DNA of 64,000 bases from a virus (lineage: Duplodnaviria > Caudoviricetes): IMG/VR virus record IMGVR_UViG_2643221950_000002, positions 56,138-120,137 of that record, one strand, 5' to 3'. The first letter of the stretch is position 1. The number at the start of each line of letters is the position of its first letter. Shown piece by piece: positions 39,891-51,373 of this stretch. Both the position numbers and the translations under genes were made by a program. The notes under the pieces are model-generated. The model was given only the letters and a program-made list of their open reading frames with translations. It was not told the origin of the DNA and searched no databases.

Positions 39891-40099
39891 CCAAGTTTGT
39901 TAATCCCATCATATTAGATGTAGTTGCAATGGTTGATCAAACTTCTTCATCTCAAGAGCTTGCTGATATTTCTACTGAGCGTCTCTTAGCAAAATTTAAC
40001 GATATACTTGAAATTGTTCTGGTGAATAGACATGGAGAGACTCTCAAACTAGAGGCATATGAGTTGAACTATGAAGTGAACGAATCCGAAGAAGTATAA
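39887..40099 (+). CDS. Hypothetical protein
   Basis: 70 aa, ATGA-coupled; terminator at 40107-40154. Confidence 0.65.
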   Translation: MTKFVNPIILDVVAMVDQTSSSQELADISTERLLAKFNDILEIVLVNRHGETLKLEAYELNYEVNESEEV

Positions 40100-40164
40100 A
40101 GAATATAAAAACAGCTGTGCTGAATGTGTTTTCCTACAAACGGCACAGCTTTTTCAATAAGGCT

Positions 40165-40857
40165 TCATTTAGAAATTGAAGTTAATATCCCGTCTTCAAA
40201 GTACAAGTATTTATTTCCTTTATAAACCCACTGTTTTAAGGTTCTATTTTTAGTGACATTTGTATTAACTTTTGTTGGTCTACCCCACCCGTTCAAAAGC
40301 ACATCATCTTCCGTCATTCCAATAGATACGTCTTGTGGATTCAATGATCTATCCTCTATTTGTTTCTTCCTTTCGTATTCATCAATCTCATTCTTATCTC
40401 TTGCTGCGTTTTGGTTTTTAAGATTCTCTAAAGATTTAATTCTATCCAAATTATCTTTCTTGATTTGCTTGTATTTTAAATCAGTATGAGCATTTGAATG
40501 TTTAACCTTATCTAACATGGCTTCAATGTATGCATATGAATCATAGTTTTCAACATTTGTTTTCTTTTCATTTAACTCTTTATTTTTTTTGAAAGCAGAA
40601 GCTATAAAATAATAGTCTTTTTGAAAAACTTCCTTTAATTCAGCAGTTTTGCTAATAACCTCATCAAATTTTTCTTCTTTTATAAGCCTTATAAGCTTTC
40701 TATCTTCTTCAGTTAATTTGTGCCTATCATTAGCGGAACTCGTTTCTTCATTAGCCGTTACAGTTTTAGTATTAGAAGATTCTTCTGTTACCTTGTTCTG
40801 ACCACATCCAGACAAGATAACAACAGTTCCCAATATAAATAATATGGATTTCTTCAT
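40165..40857 (-). CDS. Lipoprotein in the yomJ position (candidate superinfection exclusion)
   Basis: Signal peptide with lipobox LSGC; C-terminal IGMT..V...WG.P....QWVY domain; antisense to the late operon. Confidence 0.75.
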   Translation of the reverse strand: MKKSILFILGTVVILSGCGQNKVTEESSNTKTVTANEETSSANDRHKLTEEDRKLIRLIKEEKFDEVISKTAELKEVFQKDYYFIASAFKKNKELNEKKTNVENYDSYAYIEAMLDKVKHSNAHTDLKYKQIKKDNLDRIKSLENLKNQNAARDKNEIDEYERKKQIEDRSLNPQDVSIGMTEDDVLLNGWGRPTKVNTNVTKNRTLKQWVYKGNKYLYFEDGILTSISK

Positions 40858-40955
40858 GGCGTTCCCCCATTTACCTTATGTTAAAAGTATAGCTGTAATA
40901 AACTGCTTAATCAAACACAATTTCCCGTATGCACTGAAAGGATGTGAGCAATTAA

Positions 40956-43900
40956 TTGAGCGAACAACTAAAAATATTTGTTACTCCCGTAGCAGATACC
41001 TCTTCACAGACAACTGAAAATCTAAACAGGCAAATTAAGCAGTTACAATCCAAACTGAATGCCATTGAGTTAAAAACAAACATTGACACCAACACCCTAA
41101 AGACTCTAAAAGAGTTCACTTCTGCATTTGACAAATATCAGTCCAATTTAAAAAATTACAACGACACAGTTAAAGAAACCACAAGAATCACCCAACATCT
41201 TAATGGCAATGTTACAAAGGTAACTCAGGAACATAAACGCAGTGGAGAAATTATCCAGCGAACAACTGAGAAAATTAAAGAGCAAACAACCGAAACTAAT
41301 AAATTAGCAAGTGCTCAACAAAAACTCGGCCAAGTTGTTAAAAATACCGAGAGAATGAATGCTCAAGGTAAAGTTACTGGTTCTACACAGAAAAATCGAG
41401 ATGGTTACAAGGATTTTACATATAATCTTGATGAAAAAGGAAACGTGAAAAACTCTACTGTTTCCACTAACTTCGATAAAAAAAGAAAAGATATTGATGC
41501 GTTAAACGCCTCTCTTCAAAGACTTCGTGAGCAAGGTATTTTATCCGATACCACCCTCTCTTCCCTTGGTCGTAAAATCAACCTTGCTCAATCCTCAGCC
41601 CAAATTGATTCCCTCAAGCAAAAAATTCGTACATTAGATGACAAGTCGTCTGCTGTTGCAAAGAATAACGAGCTAAAGCAAACAATTGCACTATATCAAA
41701 GACAAGCTCAGCTTAATGCGAACAACTTAACGAGCAAGTATGGAAATAACCTTAGCAACAGTAGCAAAACTCAGATTCAAGAGTACCTTCTTGCTGTTAC
41801 TCAACTCACCTCTAAAACCCCTGCATTATCCTCAAAGATAAAAGACCTCAATATGCAGTTTAGAGAGCTTTCGTCCTCTATTCAAAACTCAACTCAAAGA
41901 GCAACAACATTTGGACAACAATTGGGTGATGCTTTTAGTCGTATTCCAGCATATTTGCTGTCAGGTTCTATATTTTATGGAGCTATTACAGCTCTAAAAA
42001 ATATAACTCAGCAAGCTGTTGAAATTGACACTCTAATGACAAATATCCGAAGAGTCATGGATTTGCCAGATTACAAATTCAATGAGCTCCTTCAAACTTC
42101 ATTAGATTTAAGTAATGAATTATCAAACAAAGTATCAGATGTTCTAGAAATTACGGGAAGTTTTGGTCGAATGGGTTTTCAGGCAGATGAACTTTCCGAT
42201 TTAACCAAAACAGCACAAGTTTTGCAGAATATTTCAGATCTAACTGCATCAGATACTGTAAACACTCTTACTGCAGCCATGCTCAATTTCAACGTATCAG
42301 CAAAAGATTCAATTTCTATCGCTGATAAACTTAATGAAGTTGACAACAATTTTGCAATTTCCACGCTCGACATGGCTAATTCGATAAGAAAAGCTGGAAG
42401 TACCGCTTCCACCTTCGGTGTTGAATTGAATGACTTAATCGGCTATACAGCAGCCATTGGAAGCACAACACGTGAAAGTGGAAATATAGTCGGTAACTCA
42501 TTAAAGACCATTTTTGCGAGAATTGGTAATAATAGAAGCTCTATTAAAGCCTTAGATCAAATCGGCATCTCTGTGCAAACGGCAGCTGGTGAAGCAAAAA
42601 CTTCAAGTCAGTTAATTGGCGAAGTAGCAGAAAAATGGGACAGCTTGTCTGATGCCCAAAAGCAAAACACATCGATTGGTGTTGCGGGTATTTATCAGTT
42701 ATCTAGATTTAACGCCCTATTGAATAACTACTCTATCTATCAAGACGCAGCTAACACTTCTGCAAACTCAATGGGTTCGGCATGGAAAGAACAAGAAAAG
42801 TATGCTGATAGCTTACAGGCACGGATAAACCGCCTTCAAAATACGGTTACTGAATTCGCTGTTGCCGCCAGTGATGCCTTCATTTCAGATGGTCTTATCG
42901 CTTCTACAGAAGCTCTAGGAAATTTCATGGGATTGACTACTGGCTTAATTAAAAATATCGGTTTCCTTGCTCCTGCTTTCGCAACAGCTACAGTGGCCAC
43001 TATACTGTTTTCTAATGCTTTAAGAACAACGGCTATGCAAAGTGGCGCTCAAATCATTAACACACTTAAAGCACTCCCTCTTACATTGCAAACATACTCT
43101 ACTGGTGCAGGGATAGCAGCAACGACAAATAGAGTTCTTTCCCTTTCTTTTGCCACTTTAGGAAAAGCAGCAAAATCTGCTGGAATGTTTTTAGCTGGAG
43201 CCGCATTGCCTATTGCAGGATTTGCTGCATTGGGTTTTGTTGTTGAGAAATTGGTTAGCGCTTATTCTGATGCAAAAAAAGCTCAAGAGGATTTCGAGAC
43301 TGCACAAAGCACCTCTATCGAAGCTTGGACTACGAATAAAGAAGCTACTCAAGGGTTAATCGATAAGTATAAAGAACTTCGTAAAGCTAAAGATGACAAC
43401 CAACTAACGCCTGAAAAAGAACAGGAATACTTATCAGTTTCACAACAGTTAGCAGCAACATTCCCTAACCTTGTTGAAGGGTATGATGCTCAAGGTAATG
43501 CCATCATTAAGAACAACGAAGCCTTAAAAGAGGCAATTAAATATACTGAAGAGATGGCAAATTTCAATAAACGTGATCTGAAAGATAATGCAGCCTCTAA
43601 TTTTGAAGATCAAATTAAAAAGCTTAAAGATTTGAACAAAGAAATGGAAGCTAATAAAGCCTTAGCTGATAACTACAAAGAAGGTTCAAGTTGGATTACA
43701 AGAATCTTCGAAAACCCTTTCGCAAATAATGATGATTATGTAAAAGAAGGATACAAATACGAACGTGAAGCCTTGCGTGCGAAACAATCAATAGTAAGCG
43801 CAAATGCTGAAATTCAGGCTTCAGTATTAGATGTAATCAGTGCCTTTAATTCAATTGATATTAACCCAAACATCAAACAATCAATCACCGATATTTTAAA

Positions 43901-46900
43901 CACAATGGACTTTAGTAAATTGAGTCCTGAACAAATTAAGAGCTTTTCGCAGCAAGTATCTGTCATTATGGACTCGCTCCAAAAATCACTAAACAATGGC
44001 AACGGATCGGAATTTGATAAACAAACAGACTCACTGAAATCTCTTATTACTGAGTTTTCTGATGGGAAAGTGAAAGTCGATAACTTGAACCTCTCCTACT
44101 CCACGCTTAAGGATTCGTTAGATAAGGCTAAAAATTCTGGCGATTCAGCGAAAGTCACCTGGAATGAAAATGGTGAAGGTGTAGATGAGTTAGGTGAATC
44201 GGTTGGAAATCTATCCGATAAGCTCAAAGAAGTTAAAGGTGATATTGAAGCTACGACAGATGTATTAGATCAATTACTACAATCTGGTCAAGCTACTGCA
44301 GCGATGGAAGCTTTACAAGGTGATGTATACGATGATTTAGCTGATCAAGTTTCCCCTCTAAATGGTTTATTGGAAAAGATGGCCGAAGGTAAGTCTATTT
44401 CTGCTTCAGAAGCGATGAAGCTTATCCAAAAGGAAAAAGATTTAGCTGGGGCTATTTCAATAGAAAACGGAATTGTTAAAATTAATCGTGATGCAGTAAT
44501 CAAGCTACGAAACGCTAAGGTTAAAGCATATGCAGATATGCAAACTTCCGTAAAACAAGAGTTATTGAATCAAGCGAATGCCTTAAATAAGAAAATCGGG
44601 TATTACAAATCTGAAATCACAGCAATTAAAACTGTTCAAGATGCATTGAGAAAAAAGGCAGAGTTGGAAAAGTTAAAAGAAGATTCTTTGAAAATGACCA
44701 ATGGTAAGCAAGATCAGCTTGCGATTGAACAATTTAAGGCTGCTCAAAGAGATCTTGGTGAATTATCTGGTATCACTGACCAACTGGAAGAATTAGATAA
44801 GCTTTCAGAATTAACTCAAGCATCTTTAAATGAAACTGGAACGTCTTTTGAAACAATGTCGGATTCAGCTGACAAGGCTTCAAAATCAACGAAAGATTCA
44901 ATCTATGTTGCAGACAAATATAAAGAAGCATTAGAGCGAGTCAATAAGCAAATTGAAGAACAAAATAGAAAGACCAACGACTACCCTAAATGGAGTCAGA
45001 AATATCGTGATTCAATTAAGAAGGAAATCAAGGCGTTAGAAAGAAAAGAAAAACTTCTTAAGAGTCAGATTAAGCTACTTAAAGAACAAATTAAATCTGG
45101 ATACATTGCTCAAACGGGCATAGTTGATTCTTCTTCATCCTACTCCCCTTCTAGATCTTCATATTCTGCTTCAGGCGGTTCTTATTCAGGTAAGTATTCA
45201 AACATTATTAATCAAGCTGCATCGAAATATAATGTTCCAGCTGCGCTAATCGCTGCGGTTATTAAACAAGAATCTAACTTTAACCCTAATGCTCGTTCAC
45301 ATGCAGGCGCAACAGGATTAATGCAACTTATGCCTGCTACAGCTAGAGGTCTAGGAGTTAAGAATTCTAAAGATCCTTATCAAAATATTATGGGTGGTAC
45401 TAAGTACCTTAAACAAATGCTTGATAAATTCGGGTCAATTGAAAAAGCTTTAGCCGCATACAATGCGGGGCCTGGCAATGTAACGAAGTATGGCGGCGTA
45501 CCACCTATTAAAGAAACGCAGAATTACGTTAAGAAAGTGAACAGTTACTTTAAACAAATGGGTGGCTCACTATCCTCTAGTGGTGGATCGGCTGCTGGTT
45601 ACTATGACTCAATGAGAAGAACATCTCATTTCGGTCAGCAAGAAAAAGGTTTACGATCTGCTCCTCATAAAGGTTTAGATTTAGCTGCTAAATCTGGTAC
45701 TCCTATCAAGTCTCTAAAATCAGGTAAAGTCCTTACTGCAGCATACTCTAAATCTGCTGGTTATTGGGTAGTTGTTCAACAAGATGACGGCACAGTAGCC
45801 AAATACATGCATATGCAAAAAGGACTCAAAGTCAAAGCTGGGCAAAAGGTTCAAGCTGGCCAAACTCTCGGCAAGATGGGAAGCACTGGTCGTTCTACTG
45901 GTACTCATCTTCATATGCAGATTGAGAAAAACGGTAAAGCGATTGATCCAGAAGCATATATGCAACAAATCGGATCAGATTTGTCTAGCTCTGAAGCTGA
46001 ACGTCAACAAGCTATTTCGCAAGCTAAGTCTGATTTATTGGGACTTGAAGGTGACCTATCTTCTGTCAAAGACCAAATTCAAGACCTACAATATGAAATC
46101 GTTCAGTCAAAACTTGATGAATTTGAAAAACGTAAGTCTGATTTAGAGTTGAAAGTTGCTCAAAACCAATCTAAAGCCAGTCGCTATCTCAATGATAGTG
46201 CTCAGTTTAGAAAATATACAAATGAGCAGCGTAAAGCAGTTGAAGCGCAACAAAAGATACAATCTCAAAAGGTTAGTTGGATAAACAAAGAGCTAAAGCA
46301 AAATAAGCAATTAAACGCTGCTCAACGTGATCAATTACGTGAAGAATTAAAGCAAGCTAAACTTGACCTCATCAGCATCAAAGATCAAGTTTATGAGCTA
46401 CAAGCTACCATTGTTCAATCTAAAACTGATCAAATTCTTAACAATATTGATAAGTCAGTCAAAAAGACTGAATCAAAGCTTAAGAATGTCGACATTAAGA
46501 TCCAAACAACTGAAGAAGACAAAGATAAAGTTAAGTACTATAGTCAGCAAATCAAGCTGATTCAACAGCAACAAAAAGAAGCTGCTAAATACATAACACA
46601 GCTTGAAAAACAGAAAAAATCAGCTAAAGGATTCCCAGAGATCCAAAAGCAAATATCGGATGAGATCGCATCTTGGAAAGATAAGCAAAAGGATTTCAAC
46701 TTAGAGCTATATCAAACCAAGAAAAGTATTAAAGATATTTACAAATCGCTTGCTGATGAAGTCGTCTCTATCTATAAAGAGATGTACGAAAAGATGCGTG
46801 ATATCGAACTTGAAGCTCATCGTAAAGCTACTCAAGATATCATTGACGGTATCGATAAGGAAGATGATGAAGCAAAGTTCCAAAAGGATTTAAAAGATCG

Positions 46901-47810
46901 TCAGGAAAGCATTCAAAAGCTTTTAGAACAGATAAATCAATACGCATTAGATGACTCAGAGTTCGGTAAGTCGAAGGTAAAAGAACTAACTGAACAGATG
47001 CAAAAAGAGCAGCTTGACTTAGATCAATTCCTCAAAGATCGTGAAAACTCCAAGCGTAAAGAAGCTTTGCAGGATCAACTTGAAAAAGATGAGAAATCAA
47101 TCAACACAAAATATGATGATCTTGTAAACGATGAGCGTGGGTTCAAGGATTTAGAAGGAAAATTGATGAATGGTAAGATCAGTGACATCAATAAGCAGCT
47201 TTCTGAGTTCACTAAATTCATCAATTCAAATATGGAGTCAATTGGTAAGTCTATCTCTAACAATTTGATTGATAAGCTTAAAGAGGCTTCAAAAGCTCTT
47301 GGAGTTGTCGTTAAAGGAAATACAACAGGTAAAAAGGTAGCCGCTTTTGACACTGGTGGTTACACTGGTACTGGCTTAGGTAGCGGTAAATTAGCTGTAC
47401 TCCATGATAAAGAGCTAGTTCTTAACAAGACTGACACTGAAAATATGCTTAAAGCTGTCGAAATCGTAAGAGACATCAGCCAAAATGATATGTCGTTTAC
47501 CCCGAAATGGGGAACTGGACAAAAGCTGAGTTCAGTGATTTCTGCAGTTCCGACCGAAGTTAAGATGGCTGGTGCGAATATTGTTAAAAGTGCTGCGTCA
47601 GCTATCAGCATTATTCCTAGCGCTATCACCAAACTTACCAAAGCTCCTCAGCCTTCTGTAAACAGCACAGATAACAACGTAGGCAATATTGGCGAATTGC
47701 ATTTTCATATTGAAAATATGTATGGTGACCAGAATACAGTAGATAAGTTTTCTGATACTGTTATAAAGAAAATCACTAACTATACCAAACAGAATTATGG
47801 AAGTTTATAA
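40956..47810 (+). CDS. cwlP: Tape measure protein with lytic transglycosylase and M23 peptidase (CwlP/YomI)
   Basis: 2284 aa; QESNF..GLMQLM..AAYNAG (SLT) and HKGLD..HLH (M23). Confidence 0.95.
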   Translation: MSEQLKIFVTPVADTSSQTTENLNRQIKQLQSKLNAIELKTNIDTNTLKTLKEFTSAFDKYQSNLKNYNDTVKETTRITQHLNGNVTKVTQEHKRSGEIIQRTTEKIKEQTTETNKLASAQQKLGQVVKNTERMNAQGKVTGSTQKNRDGYKDFTYNLDEKGNVKNSTVSTNFDKKRKDIDALNASLQRLREQGILSDTTLSSLGRKINLAQSSAQIDSLKQKIRTLDDKSSAVAKNNELKQTIALYQRQAQLNANNLTSKYGNNLSNSSKTQIQEYLLAVTQLTSKTPALSSKIKDLNMQFRELSSSIQNSTQRATTFGQQLGDAFSRIPAYLLSGSIFYGAITALKNITQQAVEIDTLMTNIRRVMDLPDYKFNELLQTSLDLSNELSNKVSDVLEITGSFGRMGFQADELSDLTKTAQVLQNISDLTASDTVNTLTAAMLNFNVSAKDSISIADKLNEVDNNFAISTLDMANSIRKAGSTASTFGVELNDLIGYTAAIGSTTRESGNIVGNSLKTIFARIGNNRSSIKALDQIGISVQTAAGEAKTSSQLIGEVAEKWDSLSDAQKQNTSIGVAGIYQLSRFNALLNNYSIYQDAANTSANSMGSAWKEQEKYADSLQARINRLQNTVTEFAVAASDAFISDGLIASTEALGNFMGLTTGLIKNIGFLAPAFATATVATILFSNALRTTAMQSGAQIINTLKALPLTLQTYSTGAGIAATTNRVLSLSFATLGKAAKSAGMFLAGAALPIAGFAALGFVVEKLVSAYSDAKKAQEDFETAQSTSIEAWTTNKEATQGLIDKYKELRKAKDDNQLTPEKEQEYLSVSQQLAATFPNLVEGYDAQGNAIIKNNEALKEAIKYTEEMANFNKRDLKDNAASNFEDQIKKLKDLNKEMEANKALADNYKEGSSWITRIFENPFANNDDYVKEGYKYEREALRAKQSIVSANAEIQASVLDVISAFNSIDINPNIKQSITDILNTMDFSKLSPEQIKSFSQQVSVIMDSLQKSLNNGNGSEFDKQTDSLKSLITEFSDGKVKVDNLNLSYSTLKDSLDKAKNSGDSAKVTWNENGEGVDELGESVGNLSDKLKEVKGDIEATTDVLDQLLQSGQATAAMEALQGDVYDDLADQVSPLNGLLEKMAEGKSISASEAMKLIQKEKDLAGAISIENGIVKINRDAVIKLRNAKVKAYADMQTSVKQELLNQANALNKKIGYYKSEITAIKTVQDALRKKAELEKLKEDSLKMTNGKQDQLAIEQFKAAQRDLGELSGITDQLEELDKLSELTQASLNETGTSFETMSDSADKASKSTKDSIYVADKYKEALERVNKQIEEQNRKTNDYPKWSQKYRDSIKKEIKALERKEKLLKSQIKLLKEQIKSGYIAQTGIVDSSSSYSPSRSSYSASGGSYSGKYSNIINQAASKYNVPAALIAAVIKQESNFNPNARSHAGATGLMQLMPATARGLGVKNSKDPYQNIMGGTKYLKQMLDKFGSIEKALAAYNAGPGNVTKYGGVPPIKETQNYVKKVNSYFKQMGGSLSSSGGSAAGYYDSMRRTSHFGQQEKGLRSAPHKGLDLAAKSGTPIKSLKSGKVLTAAYSKSAGYWVVVQQDDGTVAKYMHMQKGLKVKAGQKVQAGQTLGKMGSTGRSTGTHLHMQIEKNGKAIDPEAYMQQIGSDLSSSEAERQQAISQAKSDLLGLEGDLSSVKDQIQDLQYEIVQSKLDEFEKRKSDLELKVAQNQSKASRYLNDSAQFRKYTNEQRKAVEAQQKIQSQKVSWINKELKQNKQLNAAQRDQLREELKQAKLDLISIKDQVYELQATIVQSKTDQILNNIDKSVKKTESKLKNVDIKIQTTEEDKDKVKYYSQQIKLIQQQQKEAAKYITQLEKQKKSAKGFPEIQKQISDEIASWKDKQKDFNLELYQTKKSIKDIYKSLADEVVSIYKEMYEKMRDIELEAHRKATQDIIDGIDKEDDEAKFQKDLKDRQESIQKLLEQINQYALDDSEFGKSKVKELTEQMQKEQLDLDQFLKDRENSKRKEALQDQLEKDEKSINTKYDDLVNDERGFKDLEGKLMNGKISDINKQLSEFTKFINSNMESIGKSISNNLIDKLKEASKALGVVVKGNTTGKKVAAFDTGGYTGTGLGSGKLAVLHDKELVLNKTDTENMLKAVEIVRDISQNDMSFTPKWGTGQKLSSVISAVPTEVKMAGANIVKSAASAISIIPSAITKLTKAPQPSVNSTDNNVGNIGELHFHIENMYGDQNTVDKFSDTVIKKITNYTKQNYGSL

Positions 47811-47855
47811 AGAGCCTAGCCTTTAGGCTCTTACTTCGTTTAAAAAGGTGATTAA

Positions 47856-48647
47856 ATGATTAGAGAAAGTCAATACTTTATCTTTAACCACATCAGATCT
47901 ACAGACATGGGTGTAGCGAATGTTAATACTGACGGTGGATTACAAGAGGAAAATTTTTTAGCGGGAAAGACAGTTAACGAGACTTTTATAAAAGGCCGGT
48001 CAGAACCCATTGTTGATAGCGTTGCCTATGAGCCGTACGAAGTTTCTTTAAATTTCTATGTAGATCAGAATATCAAAGAGGGTTTCTATAAGAATAGGAA
48101 TTTGACTCAAAAGAAACTTAGAGAAATTGCAAGTTGGTTAAGTGTTACAGATTACTCCCCTCTCGCCTTCAGCTCAAATTTAGATATTATCTATTATGCA
48201 ATGCCTGTAAATCCGATTGATTTGGTTCATAACTGTTCTGAAGATGGGTACGTTCGGCTAACTATGAAGGTACTCCCTTTTAAATTCGGAGTTAAGGTAG
48301 TCTCCCCCTGGATAGACCCCTCAAGACATCAAGATAATATTTTAAAAATAGACAATAAAGGTGATCTTGATATACCTCTTTCAATGGAAATTAAAAAAAT
48401 AGGTAATGGAGATATTCAAATCACAAATCTCAGTTCATATAGGAGTCCGTTTTCTTTTGATGGATTAATGGATAATGAAATTGTAAAAGTTGATTCAATT
48501 AAAGAAATCTTAGAATCGAGTGTTTCTGGCTATGAATGCTATGAACAGTCTAATGAAAATTTTATTGTGCTTGGCAAGGGGCAAAATCGAATTAAAGTCG
48601 AAGGATCTTGTTTGATTAGATTTAGTTATCGCTTTAAATATTTCTAG
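47856..48647 (+). CDS. yomH: Distal tail protein
   Basis: 263 aa, follows the tape measure gene. Confidence 0.75.
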   Translation: MIRESQYFIFNHIRSTDMGVANVNTDGGLQEENFLAGKTVNETFIKGRSEPIVDSVAYEPYEVSLNFYVDQNIKEGFYKNRNLTQKKLREIASWLSVTDYSPLAFSSNLDIIYYAMPVNPIDLVHNCSEDGYVRLTMKVLPFKFGVKVVSPWIDPSRHQDNILKIDNKGDLDIPLSMEIKKIGNGDIQITNLSSYRSPFSFDGLMDNEIVKVDSIKEILESSVSGYECYEQSNENFIVLGKGQNRIKVEGSCLIRFSYRFKYF

Positions 48648-48650
48648 GAG

Positions 48651-51356
48651 GTGAAGCTTCCGTTGAATCTAGGTGAATTCACTTTCAAGCCAGGTAAACT
48701 TAGACTTGAATTGTGCAAAACGAATAAAAAGAAAATAGCTAACATAGTGGATTTCTCAAATGCATCTGTAAACTTGAATCATGCTGCAATTAACGACTTG
48801 ACTTTTAATATACCTCTTAAAGCTAGGTATGGTGATGAAATTAAAACAAACCACGTCACTAAGCTAATTAAGGAATGGTACCTAATCAAAGCAACATTCT
48901 TGAACCGTACAGAATACTATGTAATTGACAGTATTACAGATTCCAGTAGCCAAGAAAAAGATGATATTCAGATTAATTGCCAACTAACTCCTTACATGCT
49001 TCACAAATCTAAGATCATGCAGTACGAAGGCATTTCTAAGAATTTAAAAGAGATTGGCGAAGTTTGTTTAAACGAAACAAGTTGGACTGTAGGCGAAATT
49101 GATAATTCCTTCAACGAAAAAAGGCGTTCATTTTCAATCAGCTCTATGACATCAAGATATGATTTTTTAAAAAACATCTGCGAAACGTTTGATGCAACGC
49201 CAGTTTTCGATACCATCAAAAACACAGTCTCATTCTACAGAAGTGATGAAATCTCAAAGTTTAAAGGTGTTAAAATTTCTTCTCATAACTTTATGATTGA
49301 TATGACAGACACTCGTAGCATGGAAGATGTTGTTACCAGACTTCACGTAACTGGAAAAGATGGCATTGTGATAAATTCAGTTAATCCAACAGGTCAAGGA
49401 TACTTAGATGACTTCAGCTTCTTTTTAAGCCCTTTTCAGCGTGATGAAAATAGGATTGTAATTAAGAAAAGTGATTACATGAGCAATGAACTGTGTCATG
49501 CCTTGTTAGACTACAATGAAATGGTGGATAAAGAGTCCGAAACATTTAAACGTCTGCTGGATGAAAAAAAACACATAGAAGCCAATAAGACAACTCAGGA
49601 AAATGAGCTATATGTGCTGAAAAATTTAGAATTACAACAAATTTTGGATCGAATTGAAGTGGTTAAAGAAACCAATGGTGATACTAAGGATTTAATCAAA
49701 CAAAGGGATTTAAAATTAAGTCAGGTTGATACTAAAAAAAGTGAAATTACTCAAAGCGAAGCAAAAATTAATTCATTGACCAGTGACATTACTACTTTGA
49801 AAAATCGATTAGATATGCCCGCTTTTTTGGGCGAAATGCTGTTCAACGAGTTAATTCCGTTTATTCACAAAGGAGAATGGACTAACGACAACATTTTTGA
49901 TGAAACGGAACTGTATGAAAAAAGCTATGAAGAGTTAGAGAAACGAAGATCCCCCCCTATTGACATTAAGACAAACATAGTCAACCTGTATAATGCAGTA
50001 AGTGAAAAAGACTATTGGAATAGAATTTCTTTAGGTGACATAGTAAGAATTCAAAACAAAGAATTTGGCACTGAGTATAGAGCTACTTTAGCTGGGATGA
50101 GCTTGAATTTTGATGATTCCACTATTTCTGTGACACTTACAAATGGCAAAAAACCAAAAAGCATTGAGCAAGAATGGTCAGATATGCTCTATAGAAATAA
50201 AAAGGCTTCGACTGAGTTCAACACTCGTAAAATTGACTATGATCGGCTTGCTACCAATTACAATGCACGTAATGACCGTATTTCAATTCCTCCTTCTACT
50301 CCGATTGTAGGAGTGAAATCCGTATCACACAAAGTAAATGAAAATGGTTCTGTAGATATTTCGGTCTCTTGGATTTATCCAACCTCTGATGAAGATAAAT
50401 ACAACATTGACGGCTTTATCGTACATTGTTATCCTGACACTTCTTCAGATACCTACTTGTTTGGCGCTTCGTTAGCTAAGGAGCAACGAATTTCTGTCAG
50501 ATATGATAAGCGAATAGCTACCTTTACATCACAAGTTCCAACAAAATATTTCACCTTTGGAGTACAAGCATACAGAAATGTTGAAACTTCTATTAGTTCA
50601 AATGGTGTTTTGTTATCTGATATAGTTCAACCGCAAACGCCAAGTGAGAATCCGTATAGGCCTTCCAGTACCGTTGAGGTTAAAGGAAAAGTAAATGGAT
50701 TGTATCAGATTTCTACGAATGAAAAGCCTTCTAATCCTGACGTTGGTACTCTTTGGATTAATCCTGCAACTAATAAATCTGAACTATATGATGGTGAACA
50801 ATGGATTGTCCAGACTGCAGGTAGTGCAGACTCTTTAAATGGGATCACTCCTGCTTTACATGAAGAACCAAACACTATACCTGTAAGAGATGATAAAGGT
50901 GTAATTTCAGCATCTATTTCGGGTAGCGCATCTAAATTAGGCGAGTATACTGACCAAGATTTTATTCTAAAGACAGATAGAGATGCGCCGAACGGTGTTG
51001 CAGCATTAGATGCTAATGGAAAGATTAAGTCGACTAATCTGCAGCAATTAAGTTTTGTAGGCACATATATCGGCAATGGGACTCGAAACAGAACAGTCCC
51101 TCTCCCCTTCACCCCTTCCTTAGTTAAAGTTAAATCAACAGTTCAAAGCGATCCTGCATTAGCTATTGTAAGCACAAGCGGTGGATACGTTGAGGAAATA
51201 TTCGAATCAAATATCTATTTTAAAGGAATAAACAACCTTCCTGACAACACAAACGGCCGACTTGTAGACATGGGATTTATGACAGGTTCTGATTCTACGT
51301 TTAAAGGTAACAAACAAGGAGTTACGTACTATTTCGAAGCTTACAGAAATCTATAA
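48651..51356 (+). CDS. yomG: Tail-associated (Tal/hub) protein
   Basis: 901 aa; VVTRLHVTGKDG, ISLGDIV. Confidence 0.75.
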   Translation: MKLPLNLGEFTFKPGKLRLELCKTNKKKIANIVDFSNASVNLNHAAINDLTFNIPLKARYGDEIKTNHVTKLIKEWYLIKATFLNRTEYYVIDSITDSSSQEKDDIQINCQLTPYMLHKSKIMQYEGISKNLKEIGEVCLNETSWTVGEIDNSFNEKRRSFSISSMTSRYDFLKNICETFDATPVFDTIKNTVSFYRSDEISKFKGVKISSHNFMIDMTDTRSMEDVVTRLHVTGKDGIVINSVNPTGQGYLDDFSFFLSPFQRDENRIVIKKSDYMSNELCHALLDYNEMVDKESETFKRLLDEKKHIEANKTTQENELYVLKNLELQQILDRIEVVKETNGDTKDLIKQRDLKLSQVDTKKSEITQSEAKINSLTSDITTLKNRLDMPAFLGEMLFNELIPFIHKGEWTNDNIFDETELYEKSYEELEKRRSPPIDIKTNIVNLYNAVSEKDYWNRISLGDIVRIQNKEFGTEYRATLAGMSLNFDDSTISVTLTNGKKPKSIEQEWSDMLYRNKKASTEFNTRKIDYDRLATNYNARNDRISIPPSTPIVGVKSVSHKVNENGSVDISVSWIYPTSDEDKYNIDGFIVHCYPDTSSDTYLFGASLAKEQRISVRYDKRIATFTSQVPTKYFTFGVQAYRNVETSISSNGVLLSDIVQPQTPSENPYRPSSTVEVKGKVNGLYQISTNEKPSNPDVGTLWINPATNKSELYDGEQWIVQTAGSADSLNGITPALHEEPNTIPVRDDKGVISASISGSASKLGEYTDQDFILKTDRDAPNGVAALDANGKIKSTNLQQLSFVGTYIGNGTRNRTVPLPFTPSLVKVKSTVQSDPALAIVSTSGGYVEEIFESNIYFKGINNLPDNTNGRLVDMGFMTGSDSTFKGNKQGVTYYFEAYRNL

Positions 51357-51373
51357 GAAAGGAGTGATACTGA

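Noticed and set aside
42179-47641. Short antisense and alternate-frame ORFs inside the tape measure gene (and other long genes)
   Set aside because: Codon-bias shadows without RBS or motifs.
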